A DNA stretch of 64,000 nt, from the NCBI GenBank assembly GCA_963662795.1, contig OY759746.1, positions 1,088,001 through 1,152,000 on the forward strand, written 5' to 3'. Positions 38,493-46,865 of the stretch are shown piece by piece. Every line of letters begins with the position of its first letter. The stretch's first letter is position 1. Under the pieces are notes generated by a model that was not told the DNA's origin, ran no database searches, and saw only the letters and a program-made list of their open reading frames with translations. Position numbers and translations under genes: made by a program. This DNA comes from Spirochaetia bacterium (GTDB lineage: Bacteria > Spirochaetota > Spirochaetia > CADAEX01).

Positions 38493-38558
38493 ATATTCTC
38501 CTGATATTTTTGCAAATTATTCCGGCTTGTCCGGAAAGAAAAAGCTCCATAATATAGT

Positions 38559-38593
38559 GATAAATGCCGGATTTAACAAATCCGGCATTTATC
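38559..38593. repeat. Perfect 16-bp inverted repeat in intergenic region
   Basis: gataaatgccggattt-aac-aaatccggcatttatc. Confidence 0.85.
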
Positions 38594-38667
38594 GTACAGG
38601 AACTTACTCTATAGCTTTATCCGGCAAAACCGGCAAAACTCCATTACTTTATCCATCAAACCCATCG

Positions 38668-39312
38668 TCAAAGATTTGTAGCGATATAAATTTTCCCAAG
38701 TACACCCTGTATCTCTTCGTTTGATGAATTTATCTGTTCAAAAAGTTCAAGAATTTTCATTCTTGATCCTGGATCTCCGGATCTTTCTTCATAAATTGTG
38801 TTAAGCCTTGAAAAATATATTTTCATAAATTCTTTCATCGCATACTGGTTATTAACCATTATCTGATAAGCGTATTTTCTGTTTACCGAATATTCATTGA
38901 TAAAATTTACGATGTTACGAAGTATTTTTTTCTCATGCTCATAAAACGAAGCATAGGAATCTTCATTTTTATAAATCTGTATTTTATTGAACACCATTAC
39001 TATCTGATTCAGGAGCTTTCTTGTATAATCACTAATCAGGAGTAGCTCATTCCAGCATAAAGGCAGGTAGTGTTTCCTGTTAATAATTTCAACTATTTTT
39101 CCGGTTTGATTTTCCATCGCAGTTTCATAATCATATATTTTGTTTGCTGTGATGAACGGGTCAAAATCATTGCTGCTCTTTTCCATAATCCCGATTACAG
39201 ATAGAACAATATCAATATTCTCAGTTATAGATTTTTCCAGATCTGCCTTTTTTCTGAATATATTATTAAACATCTTTTTTTCCCTCAACAAAGTTATGCC
39301 GACCGAGTCCAT
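38668..39312 (-). CDS. Helical protein, distant DUF47/PhoU-like paralog
   Basis: 214 aa, SD ggagg (alternative start 39273); gapless manual alignment of IYDYE...RKHYLPLCWNEL with VHAAE...RKALIPGSRGDV of the DUF47 at 42935. Confidence 0.65.
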   Translation of the reverse strand: MDSVGITLLREKKMFNNIFRKKADLEKSITENIDIVLSVIGIMEKSSNDFDPFITANKIYDYETAMENQTGKIVEIINRKHYLPLCWNELLLISDYTRKLLNQIVMVFNKIQIYKNEDSYASFYEHEKKILRNIVNFINEYSVNRKYAYQIMVNNQYAMKEFMKIYFSRLNTIYEERSGDPGSRMKILELFEQINSSNEEIQGVLGKIYIATNL

Positions 39313-39342
39313 TTTTTTCCTCCAGTAAACTCATTTATCTAT

Positions 39343-39358
39343 TGCATAATCCGTGCCA
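39343..39358 (-). promoter_or_regulatory. sigma54 (-24/-12) promoter
   Basis: TGGCACGGATTATGCA: GG-N10-GC spacing exact, one mismatch to TGGCACG-N4-TTGCW; 30 nt before the ATG at 39312. Confidence 0.8.
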
Positions 39359-39520
39359 GAAAACAAAGAGTGACGTTTAATTTTTACCTATTTTATTTTA
39401 AATAATATAAATACTTACATAATAATGAGTTATAGAATTTATTAGTGTGTATACCTATCAATAATTATAATTTTGAATAAGAATGGTAAATTATGAAAAC
39501 ATGTTTAATAACACTGCAAT

Positions 39521-39558
39521 TGTAAAATTTCTTTTCATGCATGTAAAAAGAATATACA
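39521..39558. promoter_or_regulatory. Tandem enhancer-like (UAS) dyads for a sigma54 activator
   Basis: TGTAAAATTTCTTTTCA (39521-39537) and TGTAAAAAGAATATACA (39542-39558), TGT-N11-(A/T)CA, 21 bp apart. Confidence 0.6.
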
Positions 39559-39583
39559 CATAATGTTCACGCGATCTGCTTTT

Positions 39584-40984
39584 TCAGGTATCCCCGGATT
39601 CCTTCGTCTCTTCCGGCAGATTCATTTTTTTTGCAAGAGTAACCCTGCTTATACCGAGTATTTTAGCCATGGCTGACTTATTAAAATTCTGCTCCCGGCC
39701 TATCCTGTCTATCATTATTTTTTCCAGTTTGTCATACAGGAGCGGTAAAAGATTATCAGAAGTCCTGTGTTCATTACAAAAATAATTAACAGCCTTCTCC
39801 AGTAAATTCAGCGGCGGCATACTTACAAGCCGCACCTGCATATCATGCAGAGACAGGGATGGTCCCTGTGCGTTTATACATATACTTGTAAGCAGATTTT
39901 CCAGCTCTCTCACGTTACCAGGCCAGTCATACGCGGTAAATTCAGACATAAGATCACTGGCTATCGACGTAAATATCTTATTTAATTTATATGATGCATT
40001 CTTCAGGAAAAAATCAGCAAGCACCGGAATATCTTCTTTCCTGTCCCTCAATGGGGGAATTACAATTTTTGCAACATTTATCCTGTAATATAAATCTTCG
40101 CGAAAACGGCCTGTTTTAACCTCATCATGCAGGTTTCTGTTTGTCGCGGTTATTACCCTTGCCTTTAGTTTTATGTTTTTAAGGCCGCCCATCCGCTGAT
40201 ATTCCTTCTCCTGAAGTACCCTTAGAAGTTTTGTCTGAATCTGCAGCGGCATGTCGCCGATCTCATCCAGGAAAATTGTCCCCTCACCCGCTGCTTCAAA
40301 CTTGCCGATTTTAAGCGATACTGCGCCTGTGAAAGCCTGCGGCTCATGACCGAAGAGTTCATTATCAAGAAGGGATTCGGTCAGCCCGGAACAGTTCACC
40401 GCGATAAAAGGTTCATTTTTTCTGTTGCCGTTAAAATGCAGCGCCCGGGCCAGAAGTTCTTTCCCGGTTCCGCTCTCCCCTGTGATATGCACAACAACAT
40501 CATTATTAACAAGCCGTCCTACGGATTTAAATACATCCTGCATAAGAACCGAATTCCCGATAATTTTTTTCAGTTCATAATTTCTGATATTTTCAGATCG
40601 GATAGTGTTAACATATTTACTCAATTTTCTGGATTCGACAGCCCGTTTCGCCAGAATTGATATTTTATCAATATCAAGCGGTTTCTCTATATAATCATAA
40701 GCACCAAGTGAAGTTGCCTCAATTATTGTTTCAAAATTTCCATGCGCTGTAATCATGATAACCGGGACACCAGGGTCCAGTTTTTTTAGGGATTTCAGAA
40801 TGGCAAGACCGTCTTCACCCGGCATTCTGTAATCAAGAAACACAAGATCCACTTCACGGCTTGAAAAAATATCAAGACCTTCTTTACCGTTATATCCATT
40901 AAAAACTTCATGTTCACTGCTGAATAATTGAGTAAAGCTTTTCTGTATATTTTTATCATCATCTATAACAAGTATTGCCGCCAT
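39584..40984 (-). CDS. sigma54-dependent response regulator (NtrC/AtoC family: REC-AAA+-Fis HTH)
   Basis: IDDD/LDYRMPG receiver, GESGTGKE, ELFGHEPQAFTGA, FLDEIGD, WPGNVREL, AKILGISRVTL. Confidence 0.93.
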   Translation of the reverse strand: MAAILVIDDDKNIQKSFTQLFSSEHEVFNGYNGKEGLDIFSSREVDLVFLDYRMPGEDGLAILKSLKKLDPGVPVIMITAHGNFETIIEATSLGAYDYIEKPLDIDKISILAKRAVESRKLSKYVNTIRSENIRNYELKKIIGNSVLMQDVFKSVGRLVNNDVVVHITGESGTGKELLARALHFNGNRKNEPFIAVNCSGLTESLLDNELFGHEPQAFTGAVSLKIGKFEAAGEGTIFLDEIGDMPLQIQTKLLRVLQEKEYQRMGGLKNIKLKARVITATNRNLHDEVKTGRFREDLYYRINVAKIVIPPLRDRKEDIPVLADFFLKNASYKLNKIFTSIASDLMSEFTAYDWPGNVRELENLLTSICINAQGPSLSLHDMQVRLVSMPPLNLLEKAVNYFCNEHRTSDNLLPLLYDKLEKIMIDRIGREQNFNKSAMAKILGISRVTLAKKMNLPEETKESGDT

Positions 40985-40994
40985 ATCCAGCCCC

Positions 40995-42755
40995 TTAAAC
41001 AATTGGAATCTTATCACTGGTTCTGTAAGGGAGAATTACCCTGAACACAGTTTCATGTTTATTACTTTCAACCTGAATTGTTCCGTAGTGTCTTTCTATA
41101 ATCAATTTTGTTAACGCAAGACCTAACCCGGTACCATCTTTCTTTGTAGTGTAAAAAGGTTCGAATATTTTCCTTATATTTTCATCAGGAATTTCGCTTC
41201 CGGTATTTCTGAATTCCATGACAACGTTTGATTCCTTTATTTTAGTGGAGATATTAAGAAATCCTCCGTCAGGCATTGCCTGAATTGCATTGATTATAAA
41301 ATTTATAAAGCAAATACGTATTTTTTCTCCATCCAGATATACTGCAGGAAGTCTATTTTCAAGATTGCATTCAAGCTTTATATTCTGATGCTCAATATTA
41401 TACTTATACTGATTAACAATATTAAGCAGTATCGAATTAATATCATTTTTGGAAAAATGCATAGGCCCCGGTTTTGAAAACTCAAGTAAATCCTTTACAA
41501 GGTTATTAATTCGGTCAATTTCCTCGAGAATCGCGTTTACTTCCTGAATTCCTCCCTTATCAGAAAGATATCTGCTGCGGATTATCTGAGACATCATTTT
41601 TATTGAACTTAAAGGATTTCTGATTTCATGGGCAAGACCGGCCGACAGTTGTCCGACTGCCGCAAGTTTGGCAGACTTTATCATATCATCCTGAAGTTTT
41701 ATTATCTGTTTATTGTACTTGTGAATCTTTCTGGACAGGTTATTGATGCTTTCCGCTATTATCCTGAATTCATCATTGGATTTTATGTCAACAATAGGAT
41801 CATCACTGCTGAGGCTGAAATTATTAATACCGTCTATGATTTTGCCGAGAGATGTATTTATGTTATTCGCAAGAACCAGATAAGCTAAAAGGGAAAGCGT
41901 GAAACCTATCATAATCATCAGGAAAAGCAGATTACCCATATAAGAAAAATACTGATCGTTGCTTTTTTCCTTAATAAACAGATTGATTGCTCCCCAGTAC
42001 CTGTCCTCTTCCGAGTATAGGGCTTTAAGCATAAAATAGTATTTATTACCCTCAATTTCCTCTTCAAATACAAGTCTGTCTTTTTCCTGTAACTGCTTAA
42101 TCCTGTGATCTTCAATTATTTCAAATCCCTGATACGTAGAGATAATTTTGCTGTTTCCCCAGTAAATACCGTTATCCAGCCCTGTAAGTTTTCTCATATT
42201 TTCTACCAGGTCTTTAGAGAAAAGCGATCCAATCATTAAAAGGCTTATAATCTCCCCGTTTTTCTCCACAGGGGCTACCGCACGTATGGCTAACCCTGAT
42301 TTTCCGCTTTCATAGCTTACAATATTTTTACCGGCAAGCCCTGCCTTTACTATGTTCTGGTCTATTTTCAGGTCACCGCTTTTTGCCGGGTCATGCCCTC
42401 TGATGAGAACTGTTCCGTCAGTCTTTTCAACTTCTATAATATCAAAAATTCCCATCCTGTAAAAATTGCTTAACCGCTTTTCAAGAAGATCAAGGTTGCG
42501 GTTCGATATAAGATCAATTATTTCACTGTCTTTTGATAAGGTTTTAACCGCATTCAGACAGTCATCTTCCTTGAACATAATTTCGTTATAGTAAGCGGTT
42601 ATGCTGTCTTCAAGCCTGACGATATAGGCCTTCTTTACTGAGCTTTTTATCAGCCAGTAACCTATTGAAACAGAAGTAATTGTCGTTACAAGAATTATAA
42701 AAATAAATGAGATGAATATTTTAATATTAAGTCTGTACCTGAGAAAGTAACCCAT
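40995..42755 (-). CDS. Membrane sensor histidine kinase (Cache-like sensor, HAMP, HisKA, HATPase)
   Basis: Two TMs around a Cache-like region (LAIRAVAPV), H-box AHEIRNPL, NAIQAM, FEPFYTTK, GTGLGL. Confidence 0.93.
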   Translation of the reverse strand: MGYFLRYRLNIKIFISFIFIILVTTITSVSIGYWLIKSSVKKAYIVRLEDSITAYYNEIMFKEDDCLNAVKTLSKDSEIIDLISNRNLDLLEKRLSNFYRMGIFDIIEVEKTDGTVLIRGHDPAKSGDLKIDQNIVKAGLAGKNIVSYESGKSGLAIRAVAPVEKNGEIISLLMIGSLFSKDLVENMRKLTGLDNGIYWGNSKIISTYQGFEIIEDHRIKQLQEKDRLVFEEEIEGNKYYFMLKALYSEEDRYWGAINLFIKEKSNDQYFSYMGNLLFLMIMIGFTLSLLAYLVLANNINTSLGKIIDGINNFSLSSDDPIVDIKSNDEFRIIAESINNLSRKIHKYNKQIIKLQDDMIKSAKLAAVGQLSAGLAHEIRNPLSSIKMMSQIIRSRYLSDKGGIQEVNAILEEIDRINNLVKDLLEFSKPGPMHFSKNDINSILLNIVNQYKYNIEHQNIKLECNLENRLPAVYLDGEKIRICFINFIINAIQAMPDGGFLNISTKIKESNVVMEFRNTGSEIPDENIRKIFEPFYTTKKDGTGLGLALTKLIIERHYGTIQVESNKHETVFRVILPYRTSDKIPIV

Positions 42756-42817
42756 ATTGGATTTTATGATATTTGAGAATAAATGTATATATTTCTGTTA
42801 ATTCACACGATCAGACT

Positions 42818-42890
42818 CTAACACAATTTTAAAGATCCTAACTGAATTTTAACATTTTTTATAGACATATATCAATCTATCCGCTATAAT
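42818..42890 (+). promoter_or_regulatory. sigma70 promoter with upstream pho-box-like direct repeats
   Basis: TAGACA-N17-TATAAT (42862-42890); upstream CTAACA-N5-TTAAAG and CTAACT-N5-TTAACA. Confidence 0.55.
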
Positions 42891-42934
42891 CGTTCAATTT
42901 TACAGGAACAAATTTTAATGAAGGAGTAGACTCT

Positions 42935-43579
42935 ATGGCTAAATTGTGGAAAAAACAGGAATCAGTTTTTTCAAAGATTAAGATTTATTTTGAAAAAGCG
43001 GATTTGACACGCGATGTATTTAAAAAAACTATTGCAGATCTAATCAGACAGACACCTGACGTCGATTTTGGAGAGGCAGTGGAACTGGTACATGCGGCAG
43101 AACATGAAGCAGATATCAAGAGAAGGGAAGTTATTACGGAACTTTACCGGAAAGCTTTGATACCGGGATCCAGAGGTGATGTTCTTGGGCTGCTGGAAAA
43201 TTTTGATCAGCTTCCCAATACTTTCCAGAAGATATGCAACCAAATATACTTCCAGAATGTAGTATTTCCTGAAAACTTCAGGGAAAGAATCATTGACCTT
43301 ATAAATGTAAATATTGATGCATATAATCTCACCAAAGATGCAGCATTCTGTCTTTTTGATGAGGCGGATCTGGTAAATAAAACTGAACTCATTTGCGAAA
43401 AGGAAAGAGAATCAGATGCAAGGGAAAGAGGACTTACACGTGATATCTTTAACACGGATATGGAACTTGCCCTTAAAATGCTTTACAAGCAGATTATCAT
43501 TTCCATAGGTAATATTTCAGACATAGCAGAAGATATTTCAGACAGGGTTGAAATAGCTGTCATAAAAAGGAGACTATAA
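42935..43579 (+). CDS. DUF47 (TIGR00153) phosphate-transport regulator, Pit accessory protein
   Basis: EHEAD..RR, LIPGSRGD, ERESD, ISDIAED; directly upstream of PiT. Confidence 0.9.
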   Translation: MAKLWKKQESVFSKIKIYFEKADLTRDVFKKTIADLIRQTPDVDFGEAVELVHAAEHEADIKRREVITELYRKALIPGSRGDVLGLLENFDQLPNTFQKICNQIYFQNVVFPENFRERIIDLINVNIDAYNLTKDAAFCLFDEADLVNKTELICEKERESDARERGLTRDIFNTDMELALKMLYKQIIISIGNISDIAEDISDRVEIAVIKRRL

Positions 43580-43582
43580 TAA

Positions 43583-44524
43583 ATGTTCAGGCTGTTAAGC
43601 GGAATATTTATGGGCTGGTCTCTAGGTGCCAATGATTCCGCTAATATATTTGGCACGGCTGTCTATTCAAGAATGATCAGGTTCAAGACAGCTTTATTCT
43701 GGCTTTGTATTTTTATTGTTTTAGGGTCAATGCTGCAGGGCGCGGCAGGGATGCATACATTAAGCGGTCTCGTTGTGCAGAATATGAATACCGCTTTTAT
43801 TACAGCGTTTGCTGCTGCATTGACTGTTACTGTTATGACGTTTTATGGTCTTCCGGTATCAACTTCCCAGGCAATGGTCGGGGCGATAATGGGGATTGGG
43901 GTTGTAATCGGACAGATTGATTTTTCAAAACTTCCAAAAGTTTTTGCATGCTGGGTTGGTACACCGGTAGGATGTGTTATTGCAACAGTAATACTGTATC
44001 CGCTTCTGAGTAAGCTTTTTTCAATTCTTAAAATGAATATATTCAGGCAGGATTCTGTACTCAGATGGGGACTTATAGCAGTAGGCTGTTACGGGGCATA
44101 TTCTTTGGGAGCCAATAACGTAGCTAATGTCACAGGCATATACATCGAAACAGGTCTTCTTAATGTAACCCAGGCGCTGATTCTCGGCAGCCTCAGCATC
44201 TGTATCGGGGCAATTACCTACAGCAGAAAAGTAATGATGACAGTCGGGGAAAAGCTTGTAAGACTTGACGCCTTCAGCGCATTCGTTGCTGTTCTCTCAA
44301 TGTCGATAATATTAAATATTTATGCAGTAGTAGGCGTACCGGTTTCTTCGTCACAGGCGATAGTCGGAAGTGTACTAGGTATAGGTATTGTTAAAGGTGT
44401 TAAAACCATCAACATAAGGACCTTAATAAATATTGTAATAGGATGGCTGACAACTCCAGTAATTGCAATGATAGTATCAATTGCATTATATGTCGGAGCA
44501 ATAAAAATACTTGGGATAAACTGA
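43583..44524 (+). CDS. Inorganic phosphate transporter, PiT family
   Basis: GANDSAN and GANNVAN signature motifs, PVSTSQ and PVSSSQ repeats. Confidence 0.93.
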   Translation: MFRLLSGIFMGWSLGANDSANIFGTAVYSRMIRFKTALFWLCIFIVLGSMLQGAAGMHTLSGLVVQNMNTAFITAFAAALTVTVMTFYGLPVSTSQAMVGAIMGIGVVIGQIDFSKLPKVFACWVGTPVGCVIATVILYPLLSKLFSILKMNIFRQDSVLRWGLIAVGCYGAYSLGANNVANVTGIYIETGLLNVTQALILGSLSICIGAITYSRKVMMTVGEKLVRLDAFSAFVAVLSMSIILNIYAVVGVPVSSSQAIVGSVLGIGIVKGVKTINIRTLINIVIGWLTTPVIAMIVSIALYVGAIKILGIN

Positions 44525-44539
44525 TTATCATTTTAATAC

Positions 44540-44575
44540 ATAAGCCTGCGGCTGTTTACCGGAGGCTTATTTTTT
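44540..44575 (+). terminator. Intrinsic terminator after PiT
   Basis: ataagcct...aggcttat stem followed by T-run. Confidence 0.7.
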
Positions 44576-44591
44576 GCTACCTTAAAAATAT

Positions 44592-45086
44592 ATGAATGAA
44601 GAAATAATCCAGCTTTGCGACCTGAAGGGAACCCCCTGCGGCACCTCTCCCAGATCAGTCTGCCACAAAGATCCGTCACTTATACAGATGGTAGTTCACC
44701 TTATGGTAATGAATTCAGGAGGCAGCTTTTTTCTTCAAAAAAGGGCTTTTTCCAAAGAGGCCTTTCCCGGATACTGGGACACATCTGTCGGAGGGCACGT
44801 AAGCGGCGGGGAAAACCTGATGCAGGCGCTGAAACGCGAGGCTGATGAGGAGATAGGGATTGAATTAATCCATGCAGATTTTGTCTTTAAAAAGCTGTAT
44901 TTTATGGAAAATGAAACAGAGATGTCTTTCTTTTATAAAACTGTTTATGACGGTCCTTTCAGGATAGACAATGACGAAGTCACAGAAGGACGCTTCTTTA
45001 CAGCCGGAGAAATAAGTCCCCTGATAGGCACGAATATATTTACTCCAAGCCTTGAAAACGGGTTTTTGGCTATTTCAGGCAATTAA
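44592..45086 (+). CDS. NUDIX hydrolase (IDI/YfcD-like)
   Basis: LQKRA...PGYWD, Nudix box GGHVSGGENLMQALKREADEEIG. Confidence 0.9.
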   Translation: MNEEIIQLCDLKGTPCGTSPRSVCHKDPSLIQMVVHLMVMNSGGSFFLQKRAFSKEAFPGYWDTSVGGHVSGGENLMQALKREADEEIGIELIHADFVFKKLYFMENETEMSFFYKTVYDGPFRIDNDEVTEGRFFTAGEISPLIGTNIFTPSLENGFLAISGN

Positions 45087-45988
45087 AACATAGGAGTCGG
45101 ATAAATATTTGACCACTGATTAACAAGGTCCAGAAAATCCTTGAGCGGTTTTGAAAAATACTTGTCGCTGTGATATATCATGTAATACTTTCTCCTAAAA
45201 TTTTTGTCCTCAACCGGAACAGCGACAAGCCGGCCGCTGGCAACTTCTTCCGTAACCATATTATTGGATATAAAAGCAACACCCATTTCATGCTGGACAA
45301 GCCGCTTTATTGCTTCACTGTTTGATATTTCATAATTCACATTCACATCAATTTTATACTTTCTTATAAAACTGTCTGTTATTTTCCTGGTCACAGACCC
45401 TTTCTCGTGAAGAATCAGGTTGCATCCCTGGAGGTCGGCAATCTCGAGCCTGTCCCGTCTGGTCAGCGGGAAAGCAGGGTTTGCGATCAGGACAATATTG
45501 TCCTCAAGAACTTCATGCACAGATATTTTGGGATTCTGGATCGGTTTTGATATGAATCCTATATCATTATTCAGGTCAGCTGTATTCTCAATAATACTGT
45601 CATTATGCCCAATCATGACTGAAATATTTATATCCTGATTGGTTCTTTTATAGTATTTAATGATGTAGGGAATATAATAGGCCCCGAAGCTTTCACAGGA
45701 AAGGATATTGATTTTACCCTTGCTGTATTGCTGAAAATCCCTGATACTTTCCTCAGCCTGGCTTTCCATATCAAATATTTTATCTGCGATACTGTATAAA
45801 TGCTCGCCGGCATCAGTCAGAACAACTTTTTTACCGATAATATCGAGGAATTTAAGGTCATAATGACTCTGGAGCTGTTTAATCTGTTTGGTAACAGCAG
45901 GCTGAGTGATGCAAAGAACATCAGCGGCTTTTGTGAGACTTTTATACTTTGCTGTATAATAAAATGTCTTTAAATGATAGAGATTCAT
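45083..45988 (-). CDS. LysR-family transcriptional regulator (CysL/CmpR-like)
   Basis: HTH SLTKAADVLCITQPAVTKQIKQL, EKGSVTR, SEAIKRLV. Confidence 0.95.
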   Translation of the reverse strand: MNLYHLKTFYYTAKYKSLTKAADVLCITQPAVTKQIKQLQSHYDLKFLDIIGKKVVLTDAGEHLYSIADKIFDMESQAEESIRDFQQYSKGKINILSCESFGAYYIPYIIKYYKRTNQDINISVMIGHNDSIIENTADLNNDIGFISKPIQNPKISVHEVLEDNIVLIANPAFPLTRRDRLEIADLQGCNLILHEKGSVTRKITDSFIRKYKIDVNVNYEISNSEAIKRLVQHEMGVAFISNNMVTEEVASGRLVAVPVEDKNFRRKYYMIYHSDKYFSKPLKDFLDLVNQWSNIYPTPMF

Positions 45989-46024
45989 AACTATTGTTCA
46001 TGTTAATGATTACCCAACCGGCAG

Positions 46025-46741
46025 TCAAGTATATTTTAAGATATTATCAAGCTCCAGAAGCGCTTCAAGCCGGTTTATCTCGGGAACCTGAAAAGCGGGC
46101 TCAGGCCAGTTTCTTTCAACTGAATAATGCTTCAGCCAGACAGGGTTTAGGCCGGCGTTTTTACTGCCTTCAATGTCAATTTTCATATCATCCCCGATAA
46201 ATACCGCTTCTTCTCCCTTTACTCCCAGTTTTTCAAGTATTATCCGGAAAGGGACCGGGTCAGGTTTTGCAGGGATATCACCTTCCCCGGCAATAACAAT
46301 AGCGTCAAACAAGACTTCAAGCTTTCTATATTCTTCGTTATCAAGAGCTTTTGTGCTCCCGTCTTTCTGCGAGTTTGAAACCATACCCAGTTTATATTTT
46401 GTTTTAAGTTTTTCAAGTACACTGACCGTTTCGGGAAAGAGACGCATGCTGCTCCCTACAATCTTCCAGTATTCATCTTCAAGCTGCATCAAAAAACCTT
46501 CATCAACCGAAGCTTTATACTTTGAACACAGCGTTATCCATACATTTTTCCTTGAAAAATCAGATCTGCTAAAATGTTCTTTTCTCTCTTTACGGTAATC
46601 CTCAATATATTCATCCCAGGAGATGCCGATGGTTCCGATTCTTTCAAACAGATCTCTTTGTGATTTTTTTTCTGCAGTTTTATATCCGTCTGCGGCTGAT
46701 CCAAGAGTCTGAACAAAATCAAAAACTATGGCTTTTATCAT
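46025..46741 (-). CDS. HAD-superfamily (IA) hydrolase
   Basis: FDFVQTL, VSN, KPDP.PF, FIGDDMKIDIEG; SD aggag before ATG 46741. Confidence 0.85.
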   Translation of the reverse strand: MIKAIVFDFVQTLGSAADGYKTAEKKSQRDLFERIGTIGISWDEYIEDYRKERKEHFSRSDFSRKNVWITLCSKYKASVDEGFLMQLEDEYWKIVGSSMRLFPETVSVLEKLKTKYKLGMVSNSQKDGSTKALDNEEYRKLEVLFDAIVIAGEGDIPAKPDPVPFRIILEKLGVKGEEAVFIGDDMKIDIEGSKNAGLNPVWLKHYSVERNWPEPAFQVPEINRLEALLELDNILKYT

Positions 46742-46806
46742 ATTCTTCACTCCTGTTTATATTCACACTGCCGGAATATTTACATTTTTTTCCATAGCCG
46801 GATTAC

Positions 46807-46833
46807 AAAAACGGGCTCCTCAGGGAGCCCGTT
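46807..46833 (-). terminator. Intrinsic terminator after the acylating aldehyde dehydrogenase
   Basis: aacgggctcc/ggagcccgtt stem, TTTTT on the minus strand. Confidence 0.75.
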
Positions 46834-46865
46834 GCAGTTAGTTCGCTAAAAATCAATCTATAGCA

